A stretch of 61,358 nt of DNA, the filler included, from Sanchytrium tribonematis (Eukaryota): the NCBI GenBank assembly GCA_018985235.1. It is 13 parts of 13 records of this genome, joined end to end, with 100 filler letters (N's around TTAATTAATTAA, not from the genome) between each part and the next. Parts side by side here need not be neighbours in the genome. Positions count along the whole stretch, not along the records: positions 9,985 to 13,200 come from JADGIG010000895.1; positions 13,301 to 16,516 come from JADGIG010000896.1; positions 16,617 to 19,816 come from JADGIG010000897.1; positions 19,917 to 41,697 come from JADGIG010000088.1; 9 more parts are not named here. One strand, given 5' to 3'. The notes under the pieces were generated by a model. That model was given only the letters and a program-made list of their open reading frames with translations, was not told the DNA's origin and ran no database searches. Both the position numbers and the translations under genes were made by a program. Positions 12,099-21,613 of this stretch are shown here, piece after piece (position 1 is the stretch's first letter; each line of letters begins with the position of its first letter).

Positions 12099-12569
12099 AT
12101 GTGGAAAACGTGCTGTCGCTCACCGAGAGATGAAAATCATAAAATCAGATCACCTAGTCCATTCACGTCATGTTTACTATGTTTATACATGACTGCATTA
12201 TTCGTGGTGGCTGCTATTTATTATGACCATAATACTTACCGCACTTTAGCACTCATCACCAGTTTAGGGGCATTCTTATGCTCATTAGCTCTCATATACT
12301 ACCGTAGAAAGGCTAAAACTGATAAATCTGAGTTGAAATGGGCTAGAGGATTCTATTTTCTAACATTTGTTTTCACGATTTGTGGCATGATATGGATTAT
12401 TATTTATGAGGAGATCTCATGGCAAGCATTATGGCAAATTGGCCCTATTATGCCTAGTTTCTTTATGGAGTTCTTTCAATTATTCGTGTTTTTCCCTCGT
12501 TATTACAAAAAAATAGCAAATTCTCAAGGTCAAGATTTAGAGCCACTTTCAGAGGAATCCATTGAATAA
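12099..12569 (+). CDS. Hypothetical four-TM membrane protein
   Basis: Four hydrophobic stretches; stop fused to AATAAA. Confidence 0.65.
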   Translation: MWKTCCRSPRDENHKIRSPSPFTSCLLCLYMTALFVVAAIYYDHNTYRTLALITSLGAFLCSLALIYYRRKAKTDKSELKWARGFYFLTFVFTICGMIWIIIYEEISWQALWQIGPIMPSFFMEFFQLFVFFPRYYKKIANSQGQDLEPLSEESIE

Positions 12570-12572
12570 ATT

Positions 12573-13200
12573 CTACTTTATTATTTTTGTATTCTTTGCC
12601 ATGGTTGCCAATGCGTATTTGCTAGTAATTGGTTGGTCCAATTCTTGTTTTATCCATTTTCCAACTTCATAAATCTTTTCTAAACTGATCCCTGTGCTTA
12701 ATCCCAATCCGTGTAGCATATAAAGCACATCTTCAGTGGCTACATTACCAGTAGCACCAGGTGCATACGGACATCCGCCTAGTCCTGCGATTGAAGAATC
12801 TACAGTTGTAATTCCCATCTAAATCAATAATAAATTACATTTAAACTGGCTAGTATATTCGCAAGTGCTTGTCCATATGTATCATGGCAATGAATAGCCA
12901 GTGCATCTGCGGATATCCCATTTTGTAAAACTGCTTTCAACATGGAATTAATGTCGCCTGGTGAAGCCACGCCGATGGTATCTCCCAAACTCACTTCATA
13001 GCATCCCAAATCAATTAATTGTCGAGTCACTTGTGCTACAGCTGACGGGAGGATCTTCCCTTCGTAGGGGCAAGCAACGACGCAACTCACATATCCACGT
13101 ACTTTAATATTATGCTGTTTAGCGAGTTCAATGACTGGTTTAAATCGATCTAAACTAGATGCAATAGTGCAATTAATATTTTTAAGCGTAAATGATTCAC
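12573..13200 (-). CDS. HMGCL: Hydroxymethylglutaryl-CoA lyase, 5'-partial; exons 13200-12839 and 12818-12573
   Basis: KNINCT, RGYVSC, SLGDTIG, HCHDTYGQALAN, DSSIAGLGGCPYAPGATGNVATED. Confidence 0.95.
12819..12838 (-). other. 20-nt spliceosomal intron GTAATTTATTATTGATTTAG (phase 0)
   Basis: Removal joins LASLN to MGITTVD, colinear with the conserved ALQMGVSVVD region of HMG-CoA lyases. Confidence 0.88.
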
Positions 13201-13300
13201 NNNNNNNNNNNNNNNNNNNNNNNNNNNNNNNNNNNNNNNNNNNNTTAATTAATTAANNNNNNNNNNNNNNNNNNNNNNNNNNNNNNNNNNNNNNNNNNNN

Positions 13301-13475
13301 AAGTTTGTACAATATAAACTTCTTGGCCTCGAACAGATTGTTTAATTTCAACATTTGTTTCTTGATTCTTAAATTTATTCGATACAACCAAACCGGCATG
13401 CATCCCTAAGCGAGCGCAAATACGGTTGACTAAATTCGGATGTGAACTACCTGGTAAAATCACTAAATTGCGCAT
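13301..13475 (-). CDS. PRS: Ribose-phosphate pyrophosphokinase, N-terminal fragment
   Basis: GSSHPNL...KFKNQETNVEIKQSVRGQEVYIVQT. Confidence 0.92.
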
Positions 13476-13532
13476 ACTCCTTTGTTAAGGGATACATCAA
13501 CAGAAAATGGAAAATCAAAGATTTTATTGCAA

Positions 13533-14147
13533 TTACAACTTCATGAAAGCAGCAACGTCTACAGATTGTACATGATCTTCAAATTCTTGAATTTTTTCTT
13601 GCAAATCATCGACACTAACTTTATCGTCTTCCACAGTAACATTAATTTGAAGCTTCTTGATTCCAAAACCAACTGGTACAAATTTGTGCTGTTGCGCCCA
13701 AGTCAAGCCATCCATTTGAATGGTGCGAACCATTTTGACCATTTCTTCCAAATCAGTTGTGTCATCCCAAGGTTTGACATCTAAAGTAATCATAGATTTT
13801 GCAATTACTTTCGGTTTCTTTGCTTTTTTAGCCTGATATTCTGCAAGTCTTTGAGCCTTTAATTTTTCTGCTTCCTCGTCAACTTCGTCGTCACTGCCAA
13901 ATAAATCGATGTCATCATCGTCTTCTGGTTTCTTAGGAGAAGCAGATTTTGAAGTTGCTTTGCCACCTGCACCTGCTTTTTTAACATGATTGTACCATCT
14001 TTTCAAATGAGGAAGACCTGGCTCTTTAGTGATAAGCTTTAAAATTTCTTCATCTAATTCACTCTTCTGATAGCCACCGACATATGAATATGCGCTTAGT
14101 AATTGATTCAATACTTTATAAAATGTTTGGTCGTTTACGTTAACCAT
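13533..14147 (-). CDS. EFB1: Translation elongation factor 1-beta (start taken at MVNVND)
   Basis: [58 protein letters not shown]. Confidence 0.97.
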   Translation of the reverse strand: MVNVNDQTFYKVLNQLLSAYSYVGGYQKSELDEEILKLITKEPGLPHLKRWYNHVKKAGAGGKATSKSASPKKPEDDDDIDLFGSDDEVDEEAEKLKAQRLAEYQAKKAKKPKVIAKSMITLDVKPWDDTTDLEEMVKMVRTIQMDGLTWAQQHKFVPVGFGIKKLQINVTVEDDKVSVDDLQEKIQEFEDHVQSVDVAAFMKL

Positions 14148-14622
14148 TTGCTTTGTTACCCGGAGAAAAGTATACTGACAGGACGAGATCATTGGCCATT
14201 TCCACGTTTTAGATGGAGTTCGGCAAATTGTTTCACAATACGAATTGGAAAATGAGAAACTAAATTGCCAAGTCTTATAGGAAAGGTTAATAAATTTTCT
14301 TAATATACAAATGTTACACAAATTATGACTTGTAGCCCTAATCCTTGTATGAAGATAGTCATTTTCGTCTATAAATATTATTATTCTATACTGCAATCAT
14401 TAACTCGTTGACATTGTGAAAAAGTACCATCAAAGTATTCTCTTTATTATGACGCCAGTATATCGCAATTGTTAACATAACAAGGAGAGTCATACTCATG
14501 TGATCAAATTCTGTAGTGGTATAACACCAATCCCGCAAGATAGGGGTTACCCACGTGCTTTTATCGCAGTGGATTCTGGGTATTTAGGGCGATGGGCCAC
14601 CAGAGCATCAACAAACAGAACA

Positions 14623-15132
14623 ATGGGCGAAGATATTGTGTCATATACAAAGACAGGAAGAGCTTTGACTACAGATGAGGCTGAAAAGAGAAGGCGAAAC
14701 AATGCTGCGAGTGCCAGATTTCGCGCTAAGAAAAAAGCCTTAGAACAAAATTTGCATAGAAATGTAAGAGAGCAGTCTTATAGATCACAGTTTTTAGAAT
14801 CACGTTGTAAAGAACTTGAACATGCGATGCTCAGTTTGATCCAATTTGTTCAATCTAAGGGTATCGACGTTCCTTCTCAATTTTTACCACCTGCTGCTAT
14901 TCCATCACCTATGATGAGCGCACCACCTTCAATGCCTCAAAGTCCTTCATTGTGCTCTTTACCCAGTCCGTTGCCAAATTCTTTGATGACGTCCATACCT
15001 GGATCACCTGAACTTGGAAGTCCGCCTGTATCTACCCCATCTACACCACAGCTACATGTGCATCTTCCACCATTCTTGCATCCTTTTCGAGAGGAAGAAA
15101 CAGATCCATCAAATTTCAGATTAAGTTGTTGA
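14623..15132 (+). CDS. bZIP transcription factor with Pro/Ser-rich tail
   Basis: EKRRRNNAASARFRAKKK followed by a heptad zipper. Confidence 0.88.
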   Translation: MGEDIVSYTKTGRALTTDEAEKRRRNNAASARFRAKKKALEQNLHRNVREQSYRSQFLESRCKELEHAMLSLIQFVQSKGIDVPSQFLPPAAIPSPMMSAPPSMPQSPSLCSLPSPLPNSLMTSIPGSPELGSPPVSTPSTPQLHVHLPPFLHPFREEETDPSNFRLSC

Positions 15133-15168
15133 TATTTAGAGTAAATGTGTTTACGTTATTGTATTTTA

Positions 15169-16413
15169 TTACACTTTGTTTTGGGTCAAAAATGTTGAAT
15201 AAACGTTGTCATATAGCATAAGCATCACCTCATCAAATATTCCTTGAATGTTGCTATTCTCTGTTAAATTAAGTTTCGATTTTTCGCTTACATTCAATTC
15301 CAAATAGGAACCTTTAGAAAGATATTTTTCTTTGAAAATAGCCATCTGCTTGACGTCTTTTTGACTAGCAATTGCTTCGTACTCTTCAACAAATTCAAAC
15401 AATTCAAAACAATATCTGTTTAGGGCAATTCTACCAAGAGCTGGACGATAATTATGATTTGTCCAGCAACGAAGGAAAGAAAAATATTCGTGCAAAAGAC
15501 TGTTAAGAAATAATTTGTGCTTGATTACAAGTACTAAGGAATAAATCAACTTCCAAATTTGCAAATTAATCACAAAACAGAATCGTAATATGGTGTTTTG
15601 ATATGCTAACAAAAATACTAACAATACAATGGAGATAAAGACCTCTGCAAAAATTTCCTGCTTTGAGTATAAAACATTTTTTAATTTACGTGATCGAAAA
15701 AAATATAGGCCTTGAAATACAGTACAAACTAAACAAAATCCATATATAAAATTATTTAAAACTTCATCCCAATAGAAGCTGTAGTTATCCGCAATCAAAG
15801 ACACACCATAAAGTACCACCATTGAAGCGACTGTGCAACAAATCACAAATATGCAAATTCTTGAGTATTTGTAACTGGAAAATTCAATAGCTTTATAGTT
15901 ATAGGTCTTATCAGGTTTGTCGATGTTCCGTGATTTTATTGCGACAAATGGAGAAACATATGTAGAAAAATGAGATTCTGATGAAGTTTTTCTTTGCATA
16001 GTTGAAGAAGGCGCTTTTGGTATGATTTTGGTTGGCGTAAAGCAAATAATTCTATTAGGTTCCAGGTAAGCAAAATTGTTAGCATTATCAACTGTTAATG
16101 TGCATCGAGTCTTCAACAAATAAGTAAATCTAAATGTTTGCAAAATATTCAAGGCACAAATTGGAAATAAGCATAAAAACCTACAGTAATTAAGAGCGTA
16201 CCTTAGTTCTAATTCATCAAAAATCAAATTCGTGAATTCTGCGAGTCCAAGTATTATCATGTAAACATTTGTTACAAAAATCAAACAAGGCTGCCTATAT
16301 TTTATTTCATCAATATTTCTAAAATAGTAAATGAAAAGCAATAAACATGAACAAACACTTAAATACGCAGAAGCACAAACTGCATATAAGAGAACCGCAT
16401 CAGATATACTCAT
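15169..16413 (-). CDS. 7TM-RGS protein (GprK/AtRGS1-like architecture)
   Basis: About seven hydrophobic helices with IKYRQP after TM1; C-terminal RGS-like YCFELFEF...KYLSKGSYLELNVS...EVMLMLYDNVYSTF. Confidence 0.8.
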   Translation of the reverse strand: MSISDAVLLYAVCASAYLSVCSCLLLFIYYFRNIDEIKYRQPCLIFVTNVYMIILGLAEFTNLIFDELELRYALNYCRFLCLFPICALNILQTFRFTYLLKTRCTLTVDNANNFAYLEPNRIICFTPTKIIPKAPSSTMQRKTSSESHFSTYVSPFVAIKSRNIDKPDKTYNYKAIEFSSYKYSRICIFVICCTVASMVVLYGVSLIADNYSFYWDEVLNNFIYGFCLVCTVFQGLYFFRSRKLKNVLYSKQEIFAEVFISIVLLVFLLAYQNTILRFCFVINLQIWKLIYSLVLVIKHKLFLNSLLHEYFSFLRCWTNHNYRPALGRIALNRYCFELFEFVEEYEAIASQKDVKQMAIFKEKYLSKGSYLELNVSEKSKLNLTENSNIQGIFDEVMLMLYDNVYSTFLTQNKV

Positions 16414-16616
16414 TTTGCTTTCACAAAGAGCAAGGTAAATATAATTTAGTTTATTTAATCTTCCTCGTTATATTCAGAGTAGTCTTCAGAATCATCTTGC
16501 TCGAACTCTTCTGAGTNNNNNNNNNNNNNNNNNNNNNNNNNNNNNNNNNNNNNNNNNNNNTTAATTAATTAANNNNNNNNNNNNNNNNNNNNNNNNNNNN
16601 NNNNNNNNNNNNNNNN

Positions 16617-17410
16617 AACCAAATCATAAAATACATGTTATAGGCCACTTCAACAGTAATTTTATCAGTATGGTACTGTTTTAATGCATTAGACTTGAAT
16701 ATTTCTATGAATTTTGCCATGTCTGCATTTAAAAATGATTCACCATAAAATTGATCAATTTGCTTGGGAGACTTTGAAAATAACCAATATTTTACATCTT
16801 CAGCTTGACTTTCTATTCCTCGTTCCATTACTTGCATACTGGGTGCCATTGAAATCCTATGACCTGGAGTTTGAGTTGTATGTAGGAGAAATGAGATAAA
16901 TGCAATTAAACCACTTCCAGCCATATAAGCACATCCAAGTAGTTTCATTCCACTTAAACATGTTGCTATTCCAGTTATCATTAATCCTGCAGCCACTAAT
17001 ACGGCTAATGTCAATCCAATTTTCTTCCAAACTGATCTTTTTTCCAAGTGATGAGAGTGACGATGGAGCTTAATAAGTTCACTATGTTCTAAAAAATTGA
17101 CCATTTGAGATACTTTCTGATCTGATTCAGGTGAATTGTGCGATGTTCTTGCCTCCACGAATGCAACGGCTGCTTGAATTAAATAATCTTCATATTGCTC
17201 TGCATTATACACCATTGTAGGATACTCAGATACATTAATTTCAATTTGAGTTCCTGTTTCCATGTTATACAGATTATTTAAAAATGATTCAATTTGAATT
17301 TTAAAAATATTTCTTCTCCATTTTGTATATTCTGGCCCCAAAATGAATTGAAATTGCCCGAATAACTGTTCAAATTTAGCACATACGCAGTAAATAAATA
17401 TCATCAGCAT
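16617..17410 (-). CDS. Putative secreted/membrane precursor with KR site and paired TM helices, 3'-partial
   Basis: MLMIFIYCVCA leader; LEKR followed by two hydrophobic helices. Confidence 0.6.
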
Positions 17411-17542
17411 CAAGGAGATGACTGTGACAACAAACATTTGACAAAGTGACACAAGATCTTGCTGCCAATGACTCTGAAACAATTTATTGTACAAATATCC
17501 CCTCACAGAATACAACTAAATTAATACTATTTATGAAAACTA

Positions 17543-18310
17543 TTAATATATTGCTTTAATAAGTTTTTTTGCAATTTCCATAACATCAGTTGGTAATTTT
17601 GAGCAAACAAATGAAACTGCTTGTCTACTGGACTGGTCCCCATTCAAGTTTTGTCCTGCTGCGCCATGAATATTAGAATCTCTGAATAAAACACCATGGC
17701 CACGCTTCATATGCTCAAAATAATATGCAGTATCAAGAGAATGTCTTTTTGACACAAAAGCAAGTGGAAAATTAGTAATTTTACCATCTCCCACATTGAC
17801 CCACAACGTGATTGACTCCAAGGGATCTGGATTGCTTCGAAAATCATCGTATAGTTGCATCTCTTCTTCACTCAAATAGTCTCTGAAGTTGCGAATAATT
17901 CCTGCAAAATTAACCATTAACGAGCTAAATTTGTCTGTATGCATTGGTTTACTATAAGCAAATTTTTCCATTTTGAAAACAAATAATCTGGAGCAAAACA
18001 AGTCCAATTGCCATTTCTCCTTTAAAATACCCTCAATTACTCTTGCGCACTTGAATACAAATGGATTAGTGACATCCAATGAATCACTGATACCTTTCAA
18101 TTTATTAATTTCATCACTACCAAGGATTTCATTCACAAACTCAAATCCATCCTCACTCAACGTAAATTGATCGGGTTCTAAAGGGCATTTATACAATTTT
18201 TCAATAGAATTCAAACCTTCCATGACAGGGAGAGGCAATTTATAATCTACATTTGCTTGACATTCTGCGAAAATCATCATTATCCAAAACATTGCATCAA
18301 AGAGTGTCAT
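17543..18310 (-). CDS. Putative secreted CmcJ/NvfI/AsaB-like Fe(II)/2OG oxygenase
   Basis: Hydrophobic leader; HTD, ITLWVNV...NFPLAF, YYFEHM...VLF, IHGA, RQAVSF in the order of the HxD / NVW..PLA / YY..M...LF / H / RxS pattern. Confidence 0.55.
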   Translation of the reverse strand: MTLFDAMFWIMMIFAECQANVDYKLPLPVMEGLNSIEKLYKCPLEPDQFTLSEDGFEFVNEILGSDEINKLKGISDSLDVTNPFVFKCARVIEGILKEKWQLDLFCSRLFVFKMEKFAYSKPMHTDKFSSLMVNFAGIIRNFRDYLSEEEMQLYDDFRSNPDPLESITLWVNVGDGKITNFPLAFVSKRHSLDTAYYFEHMKRGHGVLFRDSNIHGAAGQNLNGDQSSRQAVSFVCSKLPTDVMEIAKKLIKAIY

Positions 18311-18346
18311 TTACTAAAATACAATCTAAAGTAGCACAAATGTAAT

Positions 18347-18992
18347 TATAGTGGGGGATTTAAGATATTTAAAAATATAAATATATATTTATATTCAAAT
18401 ACAAATATAATTAGACCATGAAATAAATTTATTTGTATTTTAAAATAAATATCAAAAATATTTTAGAGATGACGCGATTGAAAATTGACCAATTAAATGA
18501 CGTCTTTTTTTAGTCAATTTTATTTTTTCCAAATAGATTTTCAATATTAAGAGCATCAATTTTTCCCATTTAAACAGTATTATTGTCATTCAAAACTAGT
18601 TTATTGAGAAATGGTAATATAAGAGCCACTTACTGTCAAATTATTTAATATTTGAAAAAATACCCAATTAAACTCCATTTTATTGAGTAACAGAGTGTCT
18701 AAAGACTTTAAAATTTCAACCAATTATTAATTTACTAATACCCTCTTAGAAATCCCTTCTTCAGTAGCCAAAAGTTATACAATAGCAAGGAGATTAAAAA
18801 AATGAAAAAGTAACAAAGATCAGAGAATCTTTAGGTAAATTACTCTTTTGAATGGGCAATTAGAATTAGTAAATATTTATTTTAATAGTAGTAATCCCTG
18901 TTTGAAAATTATATTTGGAGTGATATTTTAATATTTTACAAATATAAATATTTTTTTTTAAAATATAAATATTTTCTAAAATCCCCCACCTT
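18347..18992. mobile_element. MITE-like element
   Basis: Inverted ends GTGGGGGATTT (18351) and AAATCCCCCAC (ending 18989); AT-rich non-coding interior; flanking direct repeat AAATGTAAT at 18338-18346 and 18993-19001. Confidence 0.55.
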
Positions 18993-19080
18993 AAATGTAA
19001 TACAAATGTAATACAATGGTACCACAAGCGTGATTACAAATTGTTTCGCCGAGTACAATAAATGACTTCTTTTAAATGCA

Positions 19081-19392
19081 TTATTGATAAAAATAGAATT
19101 GGAAGTAATGTGTGTCCATATGGGCATTGTTTTGACCCATGTCTTTGAGTAATGTTTCTGTATCACTCCAAATTATAATGTACGACACAATTTTCAAAAG
19201 AACACGGCCATTTTTTAAAGAATATATGTAAGAATTTTTAAATAAAACACCATGGCCACATTCCATATCCTCAATATAATATGCAGTATCAATGACAATA
19301 AAATGGAATCCAAAGTAAATTAATTCTTCAAAATCAAAGAAACCAATTTCTGTGACATCATGATGCAAATTTTGATGATCATCAAACATCAC
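19081..19392 (-). pseudogene. Degenerate paralog of 17543..18310
   Basis: DTAYYIEDMECGHGVLFKNS aligns with DTAYYFEHMKRGHGVLFRDS; most of the gene is missing. Confidence 0.6.
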
Positions 19393-19505
19393 AAAGTAGT
19401 TTCTTTACAACATTGATGCAAACACTTGCACAAAATGTTATCTTTACAAGTTACACATATATTAGAAACATTATTTATTTATCTATCCAACACTTATTCA
19501 CCAAT

Positions 19506-19816
19506 TCATTGCAACTCCTGCTCTTTTGCCTCAAGTGATCGCACTATTGTTAATATATTTTGTGGCAATTTTAAACATGAAAATGCTACTGAATGTCTAT
19601 GTTCTGGACTTTCTTTCTTTCTCAATCCCAGTGAGCCATGTAAAACGGAATTATCAAAAATGATAGCTTGCCCAAATGCCATATCTTTGAAGTAATATGC
19701 GCTATTTCCCGACTTAAATCTCGAGTTTGTTTTAGGGACCAAAGCCAATGGGAAATTCTCGATATTTCCATTCGTCGTACTGATCCACATCGTAATAGAA
19801 TCAATACGCTTGTTCT
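19506..19816 (-). CDS. Third paralog of the CmcJ/NvfI-like family, 5'-partial
   Basis: DSITMWIS...NFPLALV, YYFKDM, LHGS, RHSVAFSC. Confidence 0.7.
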
Positions 19817-19916
19817 NNNNNNNNNNNNNNNNNNNNNNNNNNNNNNNNNNNNNNNNNNNNTTAATTAATTAANNNNNNNNNNNNNNNNNNNNNNNNNNNN
19901 NNNNNNNNNNNNNNNN

Positions 19917-19996
19917 CAAATATCCACGCAGTTTTATTGCCAAAGAAAGTCAAGGGAGCTGGAAAAGGACCAGCTGATGAAAGCCAAGAATATTAA
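19917..19996 (+). CDS. H2A: Histone H2A C-terminus with H2A.X-type SQEY motif, 5'-partial (absent from the ORF track)
   Basis: NIHAVLLPKKVKGAGKGPADESQEY-stop, stop inside TAATAAA. Confidence 0.9.
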
Positions 19997-20000
19997 TAAA

Positions 20001-20978
20001 CTATTTTACTGAATTTAGTAGTTTCTTCCGTAGTTCATTGCCTGGTCGTATCTTTCTCACAAATAATGATGTCGAACCTTTTAAATGTGGCTCATAATCA
20101 TTTAATCCCAAGAAACACGGCGAATATCCAATTCGTGAGTAATCCGTGTGCTCACTCTTACAATCCAGCCACACCGTTCTTAGCCAGTCTTGATCATATA
20201 GAAATCTGTCATCTTTAAAGGGAGAATCTAACAACAAAGTAGCATAAAATGCTTCATCAGGAATAATATAATTTGTATCAAAGAAATGGATCCACTCATC
20301 CAACCAATGTTTCTGTGACTTCATATAATCAATAAATGCCTTGCTTAATATGCTCCATTGCGGTCCTTTAAAGAGTGGGGCATTATTTGGCGTATCAGAG
20401 TATTTCTTACATTCAGCATCTAAACACCGTGCTGAGCTTCTGGAACATGCTTGCATCGTAGGACTCCCTTCTTTACAAGTAGGTATCAAACTACCATATC
20501 CAGGATCATTGCTCAGCACGATACTGTCACGCAGGGGTATTTTCAACAAATCCAATTCAATTTCTAAAAAAGGTTTCATTACAAATGAATGCCCATCCAA
20601 ATAAACCAAATGATCATAATCCATATCCATCATAGCCAATTCTAATTGTGCCCTACACATTGAGAAACTACCCCATTGCACGTCAAATCGAGTTTTAGTT
20701 TGAATAATATCAGGATATTTAGATTCAAAGTGTTTTATGGATTCGGATGGTGCTTTTAAATCAAAATGTACCATGTAAACATGTTCCTTGGTATATATTT
20801 GATCTAATAATTCCATTAATCCGACTATAGATTCTTCATCATGCGCTAATAATCCAAATGCTAATTTATACGTTTTCTTGACATGTAATTGACTCGTAGA
20901 TATTGAAATAGGTGGTATATCTGTATTATACTTTAATATAGAGAGATATCCAATCATGAAATAAACTATTCGAATCAT
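20001..20978 (-). CDS. GT14 core-2/I-branching or xylosyltransferase-like glycosyltransferase
   Basis: N-terminal anchor; LAFGLLAH, YMVHFD, VQWGSFS, YLDGHSF, GPQWSILS, IPDEAFYATL, FVRK. Confidence 0.85.
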   Translation of the reverse strand: MIRIVYFMIGYLSILKYNTDIPPISISTSQLHVKKTYKLAFGLLAHDEESIVGLMELLDQIYTKEHVYMVHFDLKAPSESIKHFESKYPDIIQTKTRFDVQWGSFSMCRAQLELAMMDMDYDHLVYLDGHSFVMKPFLEIELDLLKIPLRDSIVLSNDPGYGSLIPTCKEGSPTMQACSRSSARCLDAECKKYSDTPNNAPLFKGPQWSILSKAFIDYMKSQKHWLDEWIHFFDTNYIIPDEAFYATLLLDSPFKDDRFLYDQDWLRTVWLDCKSEHTDYSRIGYSPCFLGLNDYEPHLKGSTSLFVRKIRPGNELRKKLLNSVK

Positions 20979-21219
20979 GAATTGAAATAAAGCCACTTAC
21001 GACGCTAGTTTTCAATTCAAGTTTAATTAGAAAGAAACATACGTTGGGGAACTGAATTGATACGAATTTGCAAGCCTTGCTTCTGCTAAATAAAAGTACT
21101 TAAATTAAAGATACGCGAATCCTTCAATTCTGGGTTAATTTACATAGGCTTGCCCACCAATCATTTTAATATCCCAAGTCATTTTAACTCTATAAAAGAG
21201 CCAACAAAATAATTTATTA

Positions 21220-21579
21220 ATGTTTTACTTGATTCTTTCAGCACATAAAATCTCTATAAATGGCAAATGCGGTCTCCGAAATGGACTCACGAAATGCCCT
21301 GGTGTTCAATATTGTAGTATAGTTGGATATTGTGGTACTGGTGTTGAATTTAAAAATGGATGTCAACCCCATTTTAGTGCTACTGGATTATGTAAAAATA
21401 TCCCCAAAACACCAGTTTGTGGATTAAATCACAATCGCAAAGTATGCGCGCGTGGTATGTGGTGTAGTTCAGATGGTTTTTGTGGGAATACAATGAAGTT
21501 CAGAAGAAATTGCCTATATGCATTCAGTTATCCTGGTATTTGTAAAGAGCCACAAGGCAGTGGAGGAATTGGTGAATAA
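21220..21579 (+). CDS. Secreted protein with two CBM18/hevein-like domains (6-Cys variant)
   Basis: GKCG...C...YCSIVGYCG...GCQPHFS and VCG...WCSSDGFCG. Confidence 0.85.
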   Translation: MFYLILSAHKISINGKCGLRNGLTKCPGVQYCSIVGYCGTGVEFKNGCQPHFSATGLCKNIPKTPVCGLNHNRKVCARGMWCSSDGFCGNTMKFRRNCLYAFSYPGICKEPQGSGGIGE

Positions 21580-21613
21580 ATTTTTAACAATTGACAAAAC
21601 AGAAATTTTATTA

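Noticed and set aside
14148..14396. N-terminal extensions from TTG/GTG or upstream starts in the ORF track (EF-1beta, bZIP, Rad23, kinases, nuclease)
   Set aside because: Eukaryotic genes; homology or leader and promoter position indicate the downstream ATG
21005..21042. 38-nt GTATGT...TAG intron upstream of the GT14 gene
   Set aside because: Splicing does not extend the reading frame (in-frame TAA remains); at most an unprovable 5' UTR intron
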